A stretch of 61,509 nt of DNA, filler included, from an uncultured Methanosarcinales archaeon (GCA_964587045.1; 5 parts of 4 records of this genome joined end to end with filler, not necessarily neighbours in it); one strand, 5' to 3'. Numbered from the whole stretch's first letter, positions 1 through 10,032 are shown. The notes: generated by a model not told the origin, from the letters alone. Translations and numbers: made by a program.

Positions 1-41
1 TTGACCTGTCAGAGAGGTCCCGGTATCCAGAAAAGGCAAGA

Positions 42-157
42 TGCCCCGTCCGGGATTCGAACCCGAGTCACTGCCTGTCTTCTCCGAAGACATCCAGGAA
101 TCCTGGATTCCTCGTATCGAAAGGGCAGTATGATTGGCCGGACTACACCAACGGGGC
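42..157 (-). tRNA. tRNA-Glu(UUC) with 41-nt intron at 37/38 (intron 77-117)
   Basis: Reverse complement GCCCCGTTGGTGTAGTCCGGCCAATCATACTGCCCTTTCG|intron|AGGCAGTGACTCGGGTTCGAATCCCGGACGGGGCA; anticodon stem CTGCC/GGCAG; central BHB helix CUUU/GAAG. Confidence 0.93.
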
Positions 158-233
158 GTAAAAATTGAAGTCGCGTCGGCCCAGCCCGAAGTGACCTCGT
201 TTTGGTTCAGCTTTTTCCTTTTGAAAAAGATGA

Positions 234-339
234 TGGGCCTACGGGGATTTGAACCCCGGACCACTGGTTATCCTAGAACCGCCCCGAAGGACGGCGGTCA
301 TATAAGACCAGCACTCTAACCAGACTGAGCTATAGGCCC
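234..339 (-). tRNA. tRNA-Ile(UAU) with 31-nt intron at 37/38 (intron 270-300)
   Basis: Reverse complement GGGCCTATAGCTCAGTCTGGTTAGAGTGCTGGTCTTATA|intron|AACCAGTGGTCCGGGGTTCAAATCCCCGTAGGCCCA; stem CTGGT/ACCAG; loop CT-TAT-AA; BHB helix CUUA/UAGG. Confidence 0.9.
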
Positions 340-374
340 GTCTAGCGCTAGAACGAAAATGAAGTTTAAAAAGG

Positions 375-695
375 TTACCAATTGACGTCCTGCAGCTTCC
401 CGCCATAGTGGTTAAGCCACGCACCCAGCTGGAAGACGCGGTATCCCGCATCAGGGCGTTCCTTCTTGAGCGCCTTTAGCACCCTGTGGGAATCTTCTTT
501 GGTGAGTATCAATGCCTCGTGATACCCGCCGGCAGGGCTCGGCGACCAGGGGATACTGCCCACCAGCACCAGGTAGAACTCATCCATGACCTGGCTTCGC
601 AGCAGGCCCACGAGGGTTGAAAACGAATTCTCCCCAGGCCAGTCCTCGGTGCTGACGATCTTGTAATCGCTCTTGACTATCTCGTTCAGTTCCAT
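375..695 (-). CDS. hypothetical protein (106 aa)
   Basis: ORF with typical codon usage and an AT-rich upstream region; no motif recognised. Confidence 0.6.
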   Translation of the reverse strand: MELNEIVKSDYKIVSTEDWPGENSFSTLVGLLRSQVMDEFYLVLVGSIPWSPSPAGGYHEALILTKEDSHRVLKALKKERPDAGYRVFQLGAWLNHYGGKLQDVNW

Positions 696-790
696 GAGAC
701 CGATGGAATAACAGGTTTGTTAAAAAGCTTGCGGGTTAAAGCATATGTTTATATTCCCCGACGAGAGTGATGAAGACATTCTGAGGTGTG

Positions 791-1702
791 ATGATGAAAA
801 TGCTAGATTACTTTACCAAAGACAAAAAGAGGCTGGAGGATGAACTGGACAACTTCCAAAGGCTCAGCGCGCCCCTGCAGGCCGACGAGTTCCCCAGGCT
901 TGAAGGTATTGACATCTACGGAAAGACCGTGCCGCTAAACGCAAGCGTCGGGGGAGACCATATTATCTATGTCGACTTCAAGAAACGCTTCAATCTCGCC
1001 GCGAGAAAGCAGCAAGCCTATGACAGCGGCCGCCCTGACCTCGCAGACAAGATCGAGGAGAGCAGGCGCAGGGCCGGCATCCTCATCTCGGACGTGGCGG
1101 GCCACAGCGTGACAGACCACCTTCCCAACGCGATGCTGCACCAGATGTTCCTGCTGGGCTCACGGTACGAGATGGACCAGCACGGGGAGATAACCACCCG
1201 CCTGTTCGAGCACATCAACTCGCACATGTACGAGGTGTGCGCAGAAAACTCATTCATCACCGCGCTCTACGGGGAGATCAGCGAGAGCGGACGCTTCCGC
1301 TTCATATCGGCAGGCGCGCCCTACCCTGTGGTGTTCTCGAAAAAATTCGACCAGCTGCAGCTCATCGGCGCCGAGCACATACAAAACTACCTGCCCATAG
1401 GCGTGGCGCAGTCGAGGTACGATGTCGACCCGTCGCCCAAATCGCAGCTGGGCCCATTCAAGGAGAGCTACACGATCAACGAGATCAACCTGCTAGGGGA
1501 AGGCGACCTCCTGCTGCTCTTCACCGACGGCCTGTCAGAGCACGGCGAGGACACGTACTACCCTACCCATTTCAACAGCCTACTGAGAAAGATCAAGCAT
1601 CACAACGCGCAGGACATTGTTGAGACAGTAATCTCGGATATGGAAGCCTTCGCTCCTCTCGATGACGATCTCAGCCTTGTAGTTGCCAAGAGGCTACCAT
1701 GA
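791..1702 (+). CDS. PP2C/SpoIIE (RsbU-like) Ser/Thr protein phosphatase
   Basis: Motifs VGGD, ISDVAGH, FITALYG, LLFTDGLSE, DDLSLVV. Confidence 0.88.
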   Translation: MMKMLDYFTKDKKRLEDELDNFQRLSAPLQADEFPRLEGIDIYGKTVPLNASVGGDHIIYVDFKKRFNLAARKQQAYDSGRPDLADKIEESRRRAGILISDVAGHSVTDHLPNAMLHQMFLLGSRYEMDQHGEITTRLFEHINSHMYEVCAENSFITALYGEISESGRFRFISAGAPYPVVFSKKFDQLQLIGAEHIQNYLPIGVAQSRYDVDPSPKSQLGPFKESYTINEINLLGEGDLLLLFTDGLSEHGEDTYYPTHFNSLLRKIKHHNAQDIVETVISDMEAFAPLDDDLSLVVAKRLP

Positions 1703-2053
1703 CCTGACCAGGTACTTGCCGTCCTTCTTCTCGATCCTGCCATCGTTTCGGCCCTGCTCGATGACCCACAGGTAATCGTCCTGCAGCTCCTTAATCTTCA
1801 GGCTGCCTTCGACGATCCTGTCCAAGCTCCCGTCGGCGTCGTCGTCCCTTGCGAGGTTGCCAGCCCCGTATTCCCTGACCAATGAAAAATTGTTATAGAA
1901 GCCTTCCGGCCCATATTTGGTCTCGATGGTGCCGATGAAACCTGACTGGCTGTAGGTGTACCTGCGCTCGTTGTGCGCCTGCTTCAGCACTCCCCTCTTC
2001 CTTGCGTAGTCCAGACCCGCGTCATATATCCTTTGGGCCTCTATTAGAAGCAT
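1694..2053 (-). CDS. hypothetical protein (may be 5'-truncated by the gap)
   Basis: ORF next to contig end; DDDADGSLD calcium-loop-like stretch. Confidence 0.5.
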   Translation of the reverse strand: MLLIEAQRIYDAGLDYARKRGVLKQAHNERRYTYSQSGFIGTIETKYGPEGFYNNFSLVREYGAGNLARDDDADGSLDRIVEGSLKIKELQDDYLWVIEQGRNDGRIEKKDGKYLVRSW

Positions 2054-2068
2054 GTCGCCGCTGGCTCT

Positions 2069-2168
2069 NNNNNNNNNNNNNNNNNNNNNNNNNNNNNNNN
2101 NNNNNNNNNNNNTTAATTAATTAANNNNNNNNNNNNNNNNNNNNNNNNNNNNNNNNNNNNNNNNNNNN
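2069..2168. other. assembly linker (N-TTAATTAATTAA-N)
   Basis: N run containing a six-frame stop linker. Confidence 0.98.
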
Positions 2169-2386
2169 TCCTCGCCAACCCTCCTGAACATATCGTCAAG
2201 TACCGGCTTCAGCATGAGGAATGTTGGGCCTATGTCAAACTTGAAGCCTTTGGAAGAAAGGTAAGAGTTCCTGCCGCCCACGCGTGCCTCCTTTTCGTAG
2301 ATGTCGACAATATAACCCTCATTTGCTAGAATCATACCTGCGGTGAGACCTCCCGGTCCGGCTCCCACGATTGCGACCTTCTTCAT
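2169..2386 (-). CDS. phytoene desaturase-family FAD oxidoreductase, N-terminal part (truncated by gap)
   Basis: IVGAGPGGL Rossmann motif, EKEARVGGR, GFKFDIGPTFL typical of the CrtI family. Confidence 0.8.
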
Positions 2387-2808
2387 CTGGCATCCTCGAT
2401 GAGATTTACGAGGAAGTCAGTGTCCCTGACCATCCCGTAATAGGTATAAAAACCTGGCTTGTTTTTCAATTTTTCTATGATTCGGGCCTTGATCATCCTG
2501 ATATCCTCTTCCTTGGGTTCAAAATCATTCAGGTGATCCGCTGAGAATTCGGACAGGTCCACTGTCCTGGTCGGAACGAAATGCCGTCTCCTCATCTCTG
2601 CCTTTAGTTGGAAATGCCGCTCCTTGAGGTAGGACAGCTTGTCCTTGAAGAACCTGATGTGCCCCTTGCCAAGCGCGTACTTCTCCGGCAGGCCATCTAC
2701 CGAAGGGTGCCTCCTGACGTGGCCCAGCAGCATGAGTATCTCGTTATACTCTGCGAGGAGGTGCTGGTCAGCGAGTGACTTTGGGTCTATTAGGTTGATC
2801 CTTACCAT
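2383..2808 (-). CDS. pyrimidine-dimer DNA glycosylase / T4 endonuclease V family
   Basis: MVRINLIDPKSLADQHLLAEYNEI and YALGKGHIRFFKDKLSYL match the DenV family; start re-assigned to 2808. Confidence 0.88.
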   Translation of the reverse strand: MVRINLIDPKSLADQHLLAEYNEILMLLGHVRRHPSVDGLPEKYALGKGHIRFFKDKLSYLKERHFQLKAEMRRRHFVPTRTVDLSEFSADHLNDFEPKEEDIRMIKARIIEKLKNKPGFYTYYGMVRDTDFLVNLIEDAR

Positions 2809-3023
2809 GCGCCATGGTACCCGCGCAGGGGATTTAAGGTTTTTGCTTAACCCTGAAGGATTCGCCCTGATCCGCCTGGACCTCTTGGAAGCTTTGGAAG
2901 AACTCCTTTTCGTGCCCTTCCATCCGAATTCGCGACACCTGCACCCACCCCTGACAATGCGCCCGAAGGAGCTGCAGGCATCAAACAATAAATTTTTATA
3001 CGACGCTGCATTCTGCCCAAGCT

Positions 3024-3722
3024 ATGCAGCCAGTGATTTCCACATCCAGCCTGTCCAAGAGCTACGGCGAAAAGAAAGCTGTCGACGGACTCACCATCGA
3101 GATCCCTCCAGGGCAGCTGTTCGGACTTCTCGGACCCAACGGCAGCGGCAAGACCACTATCATCAAGATGCTCACCGGCCAGACCAAGCCGTCGTCAGGC
3201 AGCGCCTTGGTCATGGGAAAAGACGCGGTCAAGGACCCGATAGGAGTGCGCGAGCTCATCGGCGTCATCCCAGAGCAGGAGAACCCGCCCAGCTTCCTGA
3301 CCGCAGAGGAGTACCTCCAGTTCGTGGGCAAGGTGCGCGGGCTAAAAGACGCGGACAGGCGTGCGAGCAGGTGGTTTAAGCTCCTCGACTTCGCAGGGGA
3401 GAGGCAGATGCTGTGCAAGGACCTCTCGAGGGGCACGCGCCAGAAGCTCATGTTCGCCCAGGCCTTCCTTCACGAGCCCAAGCTCGCCTTCATCGACGAG
3501 CCGCTGATCAACCTGGACCCCATCAGTCAGGAGACCGTGAAGGGCTTCCTCAAAATGGAGGTCAAGAAGGGCACGACCATCTTCTTCTCCACGCACGTAC
3601 TGGAAATCGCGCAGGAGATATGCACCCACATCGGCATAATAGACAAGGGACGGCTGGTGCACACCGGAAAAGTGACCAAGGGCCTGACCAAGGTGTTTTT
3701 GGAGAAGGTGCGGCATGCGTGA
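3024..3722 (+). CDS. ABC transporter ATP-binding protein
   Basis: Walker A GPNGSGKT, LSRG signature variant, FIDEP Walker B, H-loop STH. Confidence 0.95.
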   Translation: MQPVISTSSLSKSYGEKKAVDGLTIEIPPGQLFGLLGPNGSGKTTIIKMLTGQTKPSSGSALVMGKDAVKDPIGVRELIGVIPEQENPPSFLTAEEYLQFVGKVRGLKDADRRASRWFKLLDFAGERQMLCKDLSRGTRQKLMFAQAFLHEPKLAFIDEPLINLDPISQETVKGFLKMEVKKGTTIFFSTHVLEIAQEICTHIGIIDKGRLVHTGKVTKGLTKVFLEKVRHA

Positions 3723-5064
3723 GCTCTACGCTGCCATGATGAGGGAGGAGTGGAGGATCCACTCGAGCCTCTTCCCCGGCTCCCTCTTCGTGCTCTTCCC
3801 CGTCATGATCTTCATCTTCTCAGTCGCCGGCGCCCTGCTGCTGCCTTACGTGCTGGCAGTCATCCCAGCCGCGTGGGTTATCCTCGTGGCCCACTATGCG
3901 TTCGCGTTCTTCGGCCTCAACGTCGGGGTGTTCGGCCTGCACGGGCGCGAGATCATGAACCGCAGGTTCGGCGCGGCCTCGCTCATAGCCTACGCGTCCA
4001 GGACCCTTCCGGTCTCAGACAAGGGCATCTTTGCGACGTTCATCGCAAAGGACGTGACGTACTACTTCCTGCTGTTCATACTGCCGGCAGCACTCGGTCT
4101 TACAGTCGTCGCCGGTTGGCTGGGAGTGCTCGCCATGCTGACTCTCACGCTCGCGTTCCTGATGGGCCTCTCATTCATGTTCTTCATCTCGACCGTCCAC
4201 GCGAGATCCAAGGCGCTCTTCATAGTCATCGCAGCCGCGATCCTCATCGTGCTCGCCGCCAGGCCTGGGATGATGGTCTCCTTCCTGCCTGCGCGCGTGT
4301 TCGCTGCGCCATCCGTCCTGCTGCTTGCGAAGTCGCTTGCGTGGATAGTCGTCCCGTCAGGCATCGCACTCCTCATTCCAGCGCTCGAATACACAGCGAC
4401 AGCCCGCCACTACCAAAACTCGCTAAGGGACGAACCCCTGGCAAGGCAGCTGGTCAGGAGGGACTTCATCGACCTGTGGAGGAGCAAGGGAGGGGTGGCG
4501 CGCATCCTGTTCTCGCTGCTCGTGCCGCTCGCGCTGATATGGATGTTCATCGACTGGTTCGTGGTCTTCGTGCCGCTCATCAGCTTCATGGCCATGTTCG
4601 CCATCTTCCTGGGCCTGTTCTCCACTTCAATATTCACTTGGATCACGATGTACGACACGCCCTCAGACTACCTGTTCCTGCCGGTCCCGATCTCTGAGGT
4701 GGTGAAGGCCAAGATGAAGACCACCCTGCTCATCAACATCATCAGCGTCGCCATATTCATCCTGGCGGCCATCTTCAGGGACGGGGCGTTCTTCCCGGCT
4801 CTGCTCAGCTTCGCAGGCGTGTTCCTGTTCGTCCTCGCAGCCACTGTCTACCTGACAGGCCTCACGCCCAACGTCATGTTCTTCAACGTCAAGGTGTTCC
4901 TCGCCTACCTGGCGGTCGTGGTTCCGGCCTGCATCGTCGTCTTGGTGCTTTCCGTGTTCCCTTACACCTACCTGTTCTACGCGCCCGTGCTAATCGCAGG
5001 GGCATACATCCTGTACAGGAAGACATTGAAGCGCTGGGACACCCGCGACATCCTGAGCTTCTAG
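3715..5064 (+). CDS. ABC transporter permease (multi-TM)
   Basis: Highly hydrophobic 449 aa; overlaps the ATPase stop. Confidence 0.8.
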   Translation: MRELYAAMMREEWRIHSSLFPGSLFVLFPVMIFIFSVAGALLLPYVLAVIPAAWVILVAHYAFAFFGLNVGVFGLHGREIMNRRFGAASLIAYASRTLPVSDKGIFATFIAKDVTYYFLLFILPAALGLTVVAGWLGVLAMLTLTLAFLMGLSFMFFISTVHARSKALFIVIAAAILIVLAARPGMMVSFLPARVFAAPSVLLLAKSLAWIVVPSGIALLIPALEYTATARHYQNSLRDEPLARQLVRRDFIDLWRSKGGVARILFSLLVPLALIWMFIDWFVVFVPLISFMAMFAIFLGLFSTSIFTWITMYDTPSDYLFLPVPISEVVKAKMKTTLLINIISVAIFILAAIFRDGAFFPALLSFAGVFLFVLAATVYLTGLTPNVMFFNVKVFLAYLAVVVPACIVVLVLSVFPYTYLFYAPVLIAGAYILYRKTLKRWDTRDILSF

Positions 5065-5070
5065 AAAAGA

Positions 5071-5676
5071 TTACCATAACCAGTTGAGCTTCTTGAGTCG
5101 GAATTTCGACATCAGTTCAGGGTCGCGATCGATCTCATCCAGAGTCGGGAAATCGAACTCCCTGCCGACCTCATACTCATCTAGGAGGCCGCGTCCGTGT
5201 AGAAAGGATATCATGGTCTGGTCTACGACGCAAGGGGTCCTTTGCGCCATCACCGCGATTTTCGGCTCGCTCTTCTCGAACCTCGTTGCCCATCTGATGC
5301 CGGGATCGCCTTTGTAGGTGCATCCCGTGAATCCTACACCAGGCTGCCCTTCAGTGCTATGCACGACAATGTCTCCCCTGGATTTCTCATGCAGCCTTCT
5401 CAGGTTATGAGTGTAATGGTTGCAGTACCAGCAAGCGAAGACGCCGTCAGGGTACATCATACCCATCCCGTTCTCGATGGTCTTATCAATCCTGGCTGGT
5501 AGGTTGTAGCGAAGGTTCGCGAGGTAGTACAACATATCAACAGGTACCTCATACACCTTGCCATGGCACTCGATGATGTCCCTTTGGGACCTGCTGGTGA
5601 TCTTCGGTTTTTTCGCCTCTGGTATCTCATCTCCGTCCATGCTGGTGATGAATTCAAGCGATTTCTTTCCTCCCAT
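5071..5676 (-). CDS. hypothetical protein (CWYC..H possible metal site)
   Basis: ORF; likely start MGGKK; TATA-like sequence upstream. Confidence 0.6.
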   Translation of the reverse strand: MGGKKSLEFITSMDGDEIPEAKKPKITSRSQRDIIECHGKVYEVPVDMLYYLANLRYNLPARIDKTIENGMGMMYPDGVFACWYCNHYTHNLRRLHEKSRGDIVVHSTEGQPGVGFTGCTYKGDPGIRWATRFEKSEPKIAVMAQRTPCVVDQTMISFLHGRGLLDEYEVGREFDFPTLDEIDRDPELMSKFRLKKLNWLW

Positions 5677-5762
5677 CTTGTTGCTTCCTGACCGCACCAG
5701 CAACCTATATTATTTATTAGTTTCCAAAAGATTTAATAATTCGATTGTCCTCATTCCCTATC

Positions 5763-5987
5763 ATGGTATTATTTTTCAGGAAGCCAAAGGAATCTCCGCT
5801 GGAATCCAAGATAATGGTCTTGGCGGAGAAGGTGGACACGCTCAAGGAATCTGACCCAGAGATGGCGTACCTCTACCTGAAGCAGGCGACCCGGCTTTAC
5901 CATAAGCATTTCCTATATCTTCCGAGTAGGGATAATGACAGGCGCTTCAACGAGATATTTCTCTCATTTATAGAAACCTACATCTGA
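5763..5987 (+). CDS. small hypothetical protein
   Basis: ORF MVLFFRKPK... downstream of TTTAATAA. Confidence 0.5.
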   Translation: MVLFFRKPKESPLESKIMVLAEKVDTLKESDPEMAYLYLKQATRLYHKHFLYLPSRDNDRRFNEIFLSFIETYI

Positions 5988-6040
5988 GCACAGGACACTT
6001 GCACGCAACCTTTAAATGCCGAGCCCGATTCTCCTAACCT

Positions 6041-7972
6041 ATGGAACGGTTCAAGCTAGAGGCCAGATTCCAGCCCAAGGGTTCGCAGCCCCAGGCCATC
6101 AGGAAGCTGGTGGAAGGGCTCAAGAGGGGTGACAGGTGCCAGACCCTGCTGGGGGTCACGGGATCAGGAAAAACATATTCTGTCAGCTGCGTCATCGCAC
6201 AGGTCCAGAAGCCGACGCTCGTCCTGGCGCACAACAAGACGCTTGCAGCGCAGCTCTACAACGAGTTCAAGGAGTTCTTCCCCAGCAACCGCGTGGAGTA
6301 CTTCGTGTCGTACTACGACTACTACCAGCCTGAGAGCTACATCCCGCAGAAGGACCAGTACATAGAAAAGGACGTGCAGATCAATCCCAAGATCGAGATG
6401 ATGAGGCTGTCGGCGACGGCGTCGCTGCTCACCAGGAAGGATGTGATCATAGTCGCTTCGGTCTCAGCCATATACGGGCTGGGCAGCCCTGAAAGCTACA
6501 AGAACCAGGGCTTCGAGGTCGAGGTGGGAAAGGAAATCGGCAGGGACCGGCTGCTGGGCATGCTCGTGACCAGCCAGTACGAGAGGAACGACACGGAGCT
6601 GATGCCGGGACGCTTCAGGGTCAAGGGGGACGTGATAGACATCGTGCCGGGATACTACAACCAAATCATCAGGGTGGAGCTCTTCGGCGACGCAATCGAG
6701 CGTATCAGGGAGGTTGACAAGGTGACGGGGAAAGTCCGTGAGGAGCTCACGTACTACTACGTGCTGCCCGCGAGACACTATGTGATACCGGAGGAGGAGC
6801 AGAGGCGTGCCATAGACGAGATTAAGGAGGAGCTTGAGGAGCAGCTGCCCAGGCTCGACATGATTGAGGCGCACAGGCTCAAGCAGCGCACCCTCTACGA
6901 CATTGAGATGATCGAGGAGACAGGAAGCTGCAAGGGGATCGAGAACTACTCGAGGTTCTTCGACGGGCGAAAGCCAGGCGAGCCGCCCTACTGCCTGCTG
7001 GACTACTTCCCCGACGACTTCCTGCTCATAATAGACGAGTCGCACCAGACCATACCCCAGCTCAACGGCATGTACAACGGCGACCGCTCGAGGAAGAAGA
7101 ACCTGATAGAATACGGCTTCCGCCTTCCGTCGGCCCTGGACAACAGGCCGCTGAAGTTCGAGGAGTTTGAGAGGTTCATGCGGCACGTCATCTTCGTATC
7201 GGCTACGCCGGCAGACTATGAGATTGAGCATTCGTCCCAGGTAGTGGAGCAGATCGTTCGGCCCACAGGCCTTGTTGACCCGGAGGTCGAGGTCAGGGGG
7301 ACCGAGGGGCAGATCGAGGACGTGATGCGGGAAATCAAGTCGACGGTCGCGCGCGGCGACCGCGTTCTCGTGACGACGCTTACCAAGAAGCTGGCTGAGG
7401 AGCTTACAGAATACCTGGCTGGGCACGACGTAAAGACGAGGTACCTGCACTCTGAGATCGACACCCTGGAGCGCACCGAGATCATCAGGCAGCTGCGCCT
7501 CGGCAAGTTCGACGTGCTGGTCGGCATCAACCTGTTGCGCGAGGGACTGGACATACCTGAGGTCGGGTTCATCGGCATCCTGGATGCTGACAAGGAGGGG
7601 TTCCTGCGCGACACCCGCAGCTTGATCCAGACCATAGGGCGGGCTGCGAGGAACGTCAACTCGAGAGTGGTGCTCTACGCTGATGTGATGACCGACTCTA
7701 TCAAAAAAGCCCTGTCCGAGACCGAGAGGCGCAGGGAGATGCAGCTTGGGTACAATAGGGAGCACGGCATCACGCCACAGACCATCATCAAGCCGATCAA
7801 GGAGAAGGAAATAGACCTAAAGGACGCAAAGCACATACCCAAGAGGGACATCCCCAACCTCGTCATAGAGCTGGAGGCTGAGATGCGCGCGGCAGCCGAT
7901 GACCTCGACTTTGAGAAGGCCATCTCCCTCAGGGAGAGGATACGCCGCATGAAGGAGCGCGTCAGCCAATGA
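6041..7972 (+). CDS. uvrB: excinuclease ABC subunit B
   Basis: GVTGSGKT, YYDYYQPE, DESH, GINLLREGLD, QTIGRAARN, C-terminal UVR domain. Confidence 0.98.
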   Translation: MERFKLEARFQPKGSQPQAIRKLVEGLKRGDRCQTLLGVTGSGKTYSVSCVIAQVQKPTLVLAHNKTLAAQLYNEFKEFFPSNRVEYFVSYYDYYQPESYIPQKDQYIEKDVQINPKIEMMRLSATASLLTRKDVIIVASVSAIYGLGSPESYKNQGFEVEVGKEIGRDRLLGMLVTSQYERNDTELMPGRFRVKGDVIDIVPGYYNQIIRVELFGDAIERIREVDKVTGKVREELTYYYVLPARHYVIPEEEQRRAIDEIKEELEEQLPRLDMIEAHRLKQRTLYDIEMIEETGSCKGIENYSRFFDGRKPGEPPYCLLDYFPDDFLLIIDESHQTIPQLNGMYNGDRSRKKNLIEYGFRLPSALDNRPLKFEEFERFMRHVIFVSATPADYEIEHSSQVVEQIVRPTGLVDPEVEVRGTEGQIEDVMREIKSTVARGDRVLVTTLTKKLAEELTEYLAGHDVKTRYLHSEIDTLERTEIIRQLRLGKFDVLVGINLLREGLDIPEVGFIGILDADKEGFLRDTRSLIQTIGRAARNVNSRVVLYADVMTDSIKKALSETERRREMQLGYNREHGITPQTIIKPIKEKEIDLKDAKHIPKRDIPNLVIELEAEMRAAADDLDFEKAISLRERIRRMKERVSQ

Positions 7973-8058
7973 ACAAATTTTAAGGTTGATTTCCCTGAGT
8001 ATTATCGTAAGGTTTTTATTGGGGCGGGTCCACGTCAGGTATTAAAACAGAGAGTGAG

Positions 8059-8823
8059 GTGCATTTCATGAAGAAAGTGGGACTATTACTGATGGTTTTC
8101 ATTCTGGCGGCATCCGCGATAGCTGTCCAACCGAATGAGACCGGACATCCAGAAGCGGTGCTCTTCAGCGAGGGGCACAGCAACCTGACCGGCGGATCTG
8201 ACACTGAAACAAACGAGTCGGGACCTTCCTTGGGAGTGGTAGGCAACGCTTCAGGCAACCCAAACTTGGGAGTAGTCAGCAACGCTTCGGACAACCCAAG
8301 CGGAGAGGCGATCCAGCCCATCCTGGCTGTCCAGGAGCAGAACAAGGGACAGGACTCCCAGGTGATGCAGGAGATCAAGGCTCGGACCGGAGACTACACT
8401 GCTGAGAACGGAAAGCAAATCCGGATTGAGGAACAGGTCAACAACCGCGTCAAGCTGGAATCCAGCGGTGTCACTGCGGAATCCTCGCTGGAGATGCTCC
8501 AGGAACAGTCGCAGAACAAGACCAAGCTGCAGGTCATGCTCAGCAACGGCAACAAGGCTGATGTCAAGATCATGCCCGACACCGCGTCAGAGAAGGCTAT
8601 CGAGCGCCTTCAGATGAAGGTGTGCACCGACTGCAAAATCGAGCTCAAAGAGGTCAGCGACGGGGAACAGGTGCGCGCAGCGTACGAGGTCCAGGCCCAG
8701 AAGGAGGCAAAGATCCTGGGCCTGTTCAAGACCAAGATGCATGTAGAGGCGCAGGTCGACGCAGAGACCGGGCAGGTCATCGAGACCAAGAAGCCTTGGT
8801 GGGCGTTCCTAGCGAGCGAGTGA
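8059..8823 (+). CDS. secreted hypothetical protein (signal peptide; C-terminal KKPWWAFL)
   Basis: N-terminal hydrophobic leader; internal 12-aa duplication; PepSY-like VDAETGQVI. Confidence 0.75.
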   Translation: MHFMKKVGLLLMVFILAASAIAVQPNETGHPEAVLFSEGHSNLTGGSDTETNESGPSLGVVGNASGNPNLGVVSNASDNPSGEAIQPILAVQEQNKGQDSQVMQEIKARTGDYTAENGKQIRIEEQVNNRVKLESSGVTAESSLEMLQEQSQNKTKLQVMLSNGNKADVKIMPDTASEKAIERLQMKVCTDCKIELKEVSDGEQVRAAYEVQAQKEAKILGLFKTKMHVEAQVDAETGQVIETKKPWWAFLASE

Positions 8824-8867
8824 GGATTTTTCTGGGCGGACTTTACGCCCCATATTTTATATAGGAG

Positions 8868-10031
8868 ATGTCCATCCCGCAGTGCATGAAGCCAGATTAC
8901 AGGCGAAGCATTGTAAACCTGATGACTTCCATAGGCAGGGCACGCGGTGGTAAGGGATTCCCCTACAAGCAGCTGAGCATCCTTCCGGCAGGAAGGCTGC
9001 AAGGCGCAAGGAACATCGTCCTCCTAATCATCGACGGGCTGGGCTACAACTACCTCATGCCTAAGGGAGGCAGCTTCATCAGATCCGGACTAATTGGCAG
9101 CATCACCTCCGTGTTCCCTCCTACCACGTCCGCCTCGATAACTTCGTTCATGACCGCAGTCGCCCCTCAGCAGCACGCTGTGACCGGCTGGTTCGTGCAG
9201 CTCAAGGAGGTAGGAGTCGCGACGACCTTCCTACCATTCCATGCGAGGATGGGGAGCTCAGCGTACTCCGAGCACGGCGTCACCTTCGACATGCTGCTCG
9301 ACACCAAGGGGTTCTCGGAGAGGATCAAGACCCAGACGTTCCACGTGACGCACAGTAAGATTGTCGATTCAGACTACAACCGCTCCATCGCCAGAAGGGC
9401 TAAGCGCCTTGGCTATGCCACACTTGATGGTTTCTTCCGCCAGGTAAAGAAGGCAATCGGCGCGAACACCAAAAAGAAGTTCATATACGCCTACTGGCCT
9501 ACACTCGACAGCCTGGCGCACAAGAACGGGATCAAAAGCAAGGCCGCCGCAGACCATTTCCGTGAGCTCGACAGGAAGATGGAATCATTCGTCAGAAGCC
9601 TGAAGAACACGACTGTGATAATAACCGCTGACCACGGCTTCATAGACACGACAAAGAGCAGGGTCATCAACCTCGACAGGCATCCGAAGCTCAAGGAATG
9701 CCTGAGCATGCCGCTGTCAGGCGAGGCGAGGCTCGCGTACTGCTACGTCCACCCAAGCAAGGCCAAGCAGTTCGAATCGTATGTTAAGAGAAATCTCAAG
9801 CACGCCTGCGACCTCGTCACCTCCGAGCAACTGGTGAGGAGAGGGTACTACGGCCTGGGCAGGCCTAACCCAAAGCTGCACGACCGCATCGGCGACTACG
9901 TCCTGGTCATGAAGGAAAACTACATAATAAAGGACAGGCTCGTGCACCACGAGTTCGAATACCACACGGGCAACCACGGAGGGGTAAGTGCTGATGAGAT
10001 GCTCGTGCCCCTCATCGTGTTCGAGGTGTAA
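8868..10031 (+). CDS. alkaline phosphatase superfamily nucleotide pyrophosphatase/phosphodiesterase
   Basis: IIDGLG, SVFPPTT, DSLAH, TADHG, GNHGG motifs. Confidence 0.9.
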   Translation: MSIPQCMKPDYRRSIVNLMTSIGRARGGKGFPYKQLSILPAGRLQGARNIVLLIIDGLGYNYLMPKGGSFIRSGLIGSITSVFPPTTSASITSFMTAVAPQQHAVTGWFVQLKEVGVATTFLPFHARMGSSAYSEHGVTFDMLLDTKGFSERIKTQTFHVTHSKIVDSDYNRSIARRAKRLGYATLDGFFRQVKKAIGANTKKKFIYAYWPTLDSLAHKNGIKSKAAADHFRELDRKMESFVRSLKNTTVIITADHGFIDTTKSRVINLDRHPKLKECLSMPLSGEARLAYCYVHPSKAKQFESYVKRNLKHACDLVTSEQLVRRGYYGLGRPNPKLHDRIGDYVLVMKENYIIKDRLVHHEFEYHTGNHGGVSADEMLVPLIVFEV

Positions 10032-10032
10032 C

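Noticed and set aside
1..30. Possible structured RNA end at the window start (GACCT...AGGTC)
   Set aside because: Too short and truncated to assign.
134..451. ORFs 134-319 and 239-451
   Set aside because: They overlap tRNA genes; spurious.
2830..2990. GC-rich intergenic stretch, possible ncRNA or small ORF
   Set aside because: No SRP or RNase P consensus could be matched, and the short ORFs lack support.
6464..7765. 433-aa antisense ORF in uvrB, and similar antisense or alternate-frame ORFs (3750-4697, 41952-42533, 59529-60269)
   Set aside because: Expected by-products of strong codon bias opposite well-supported genes.
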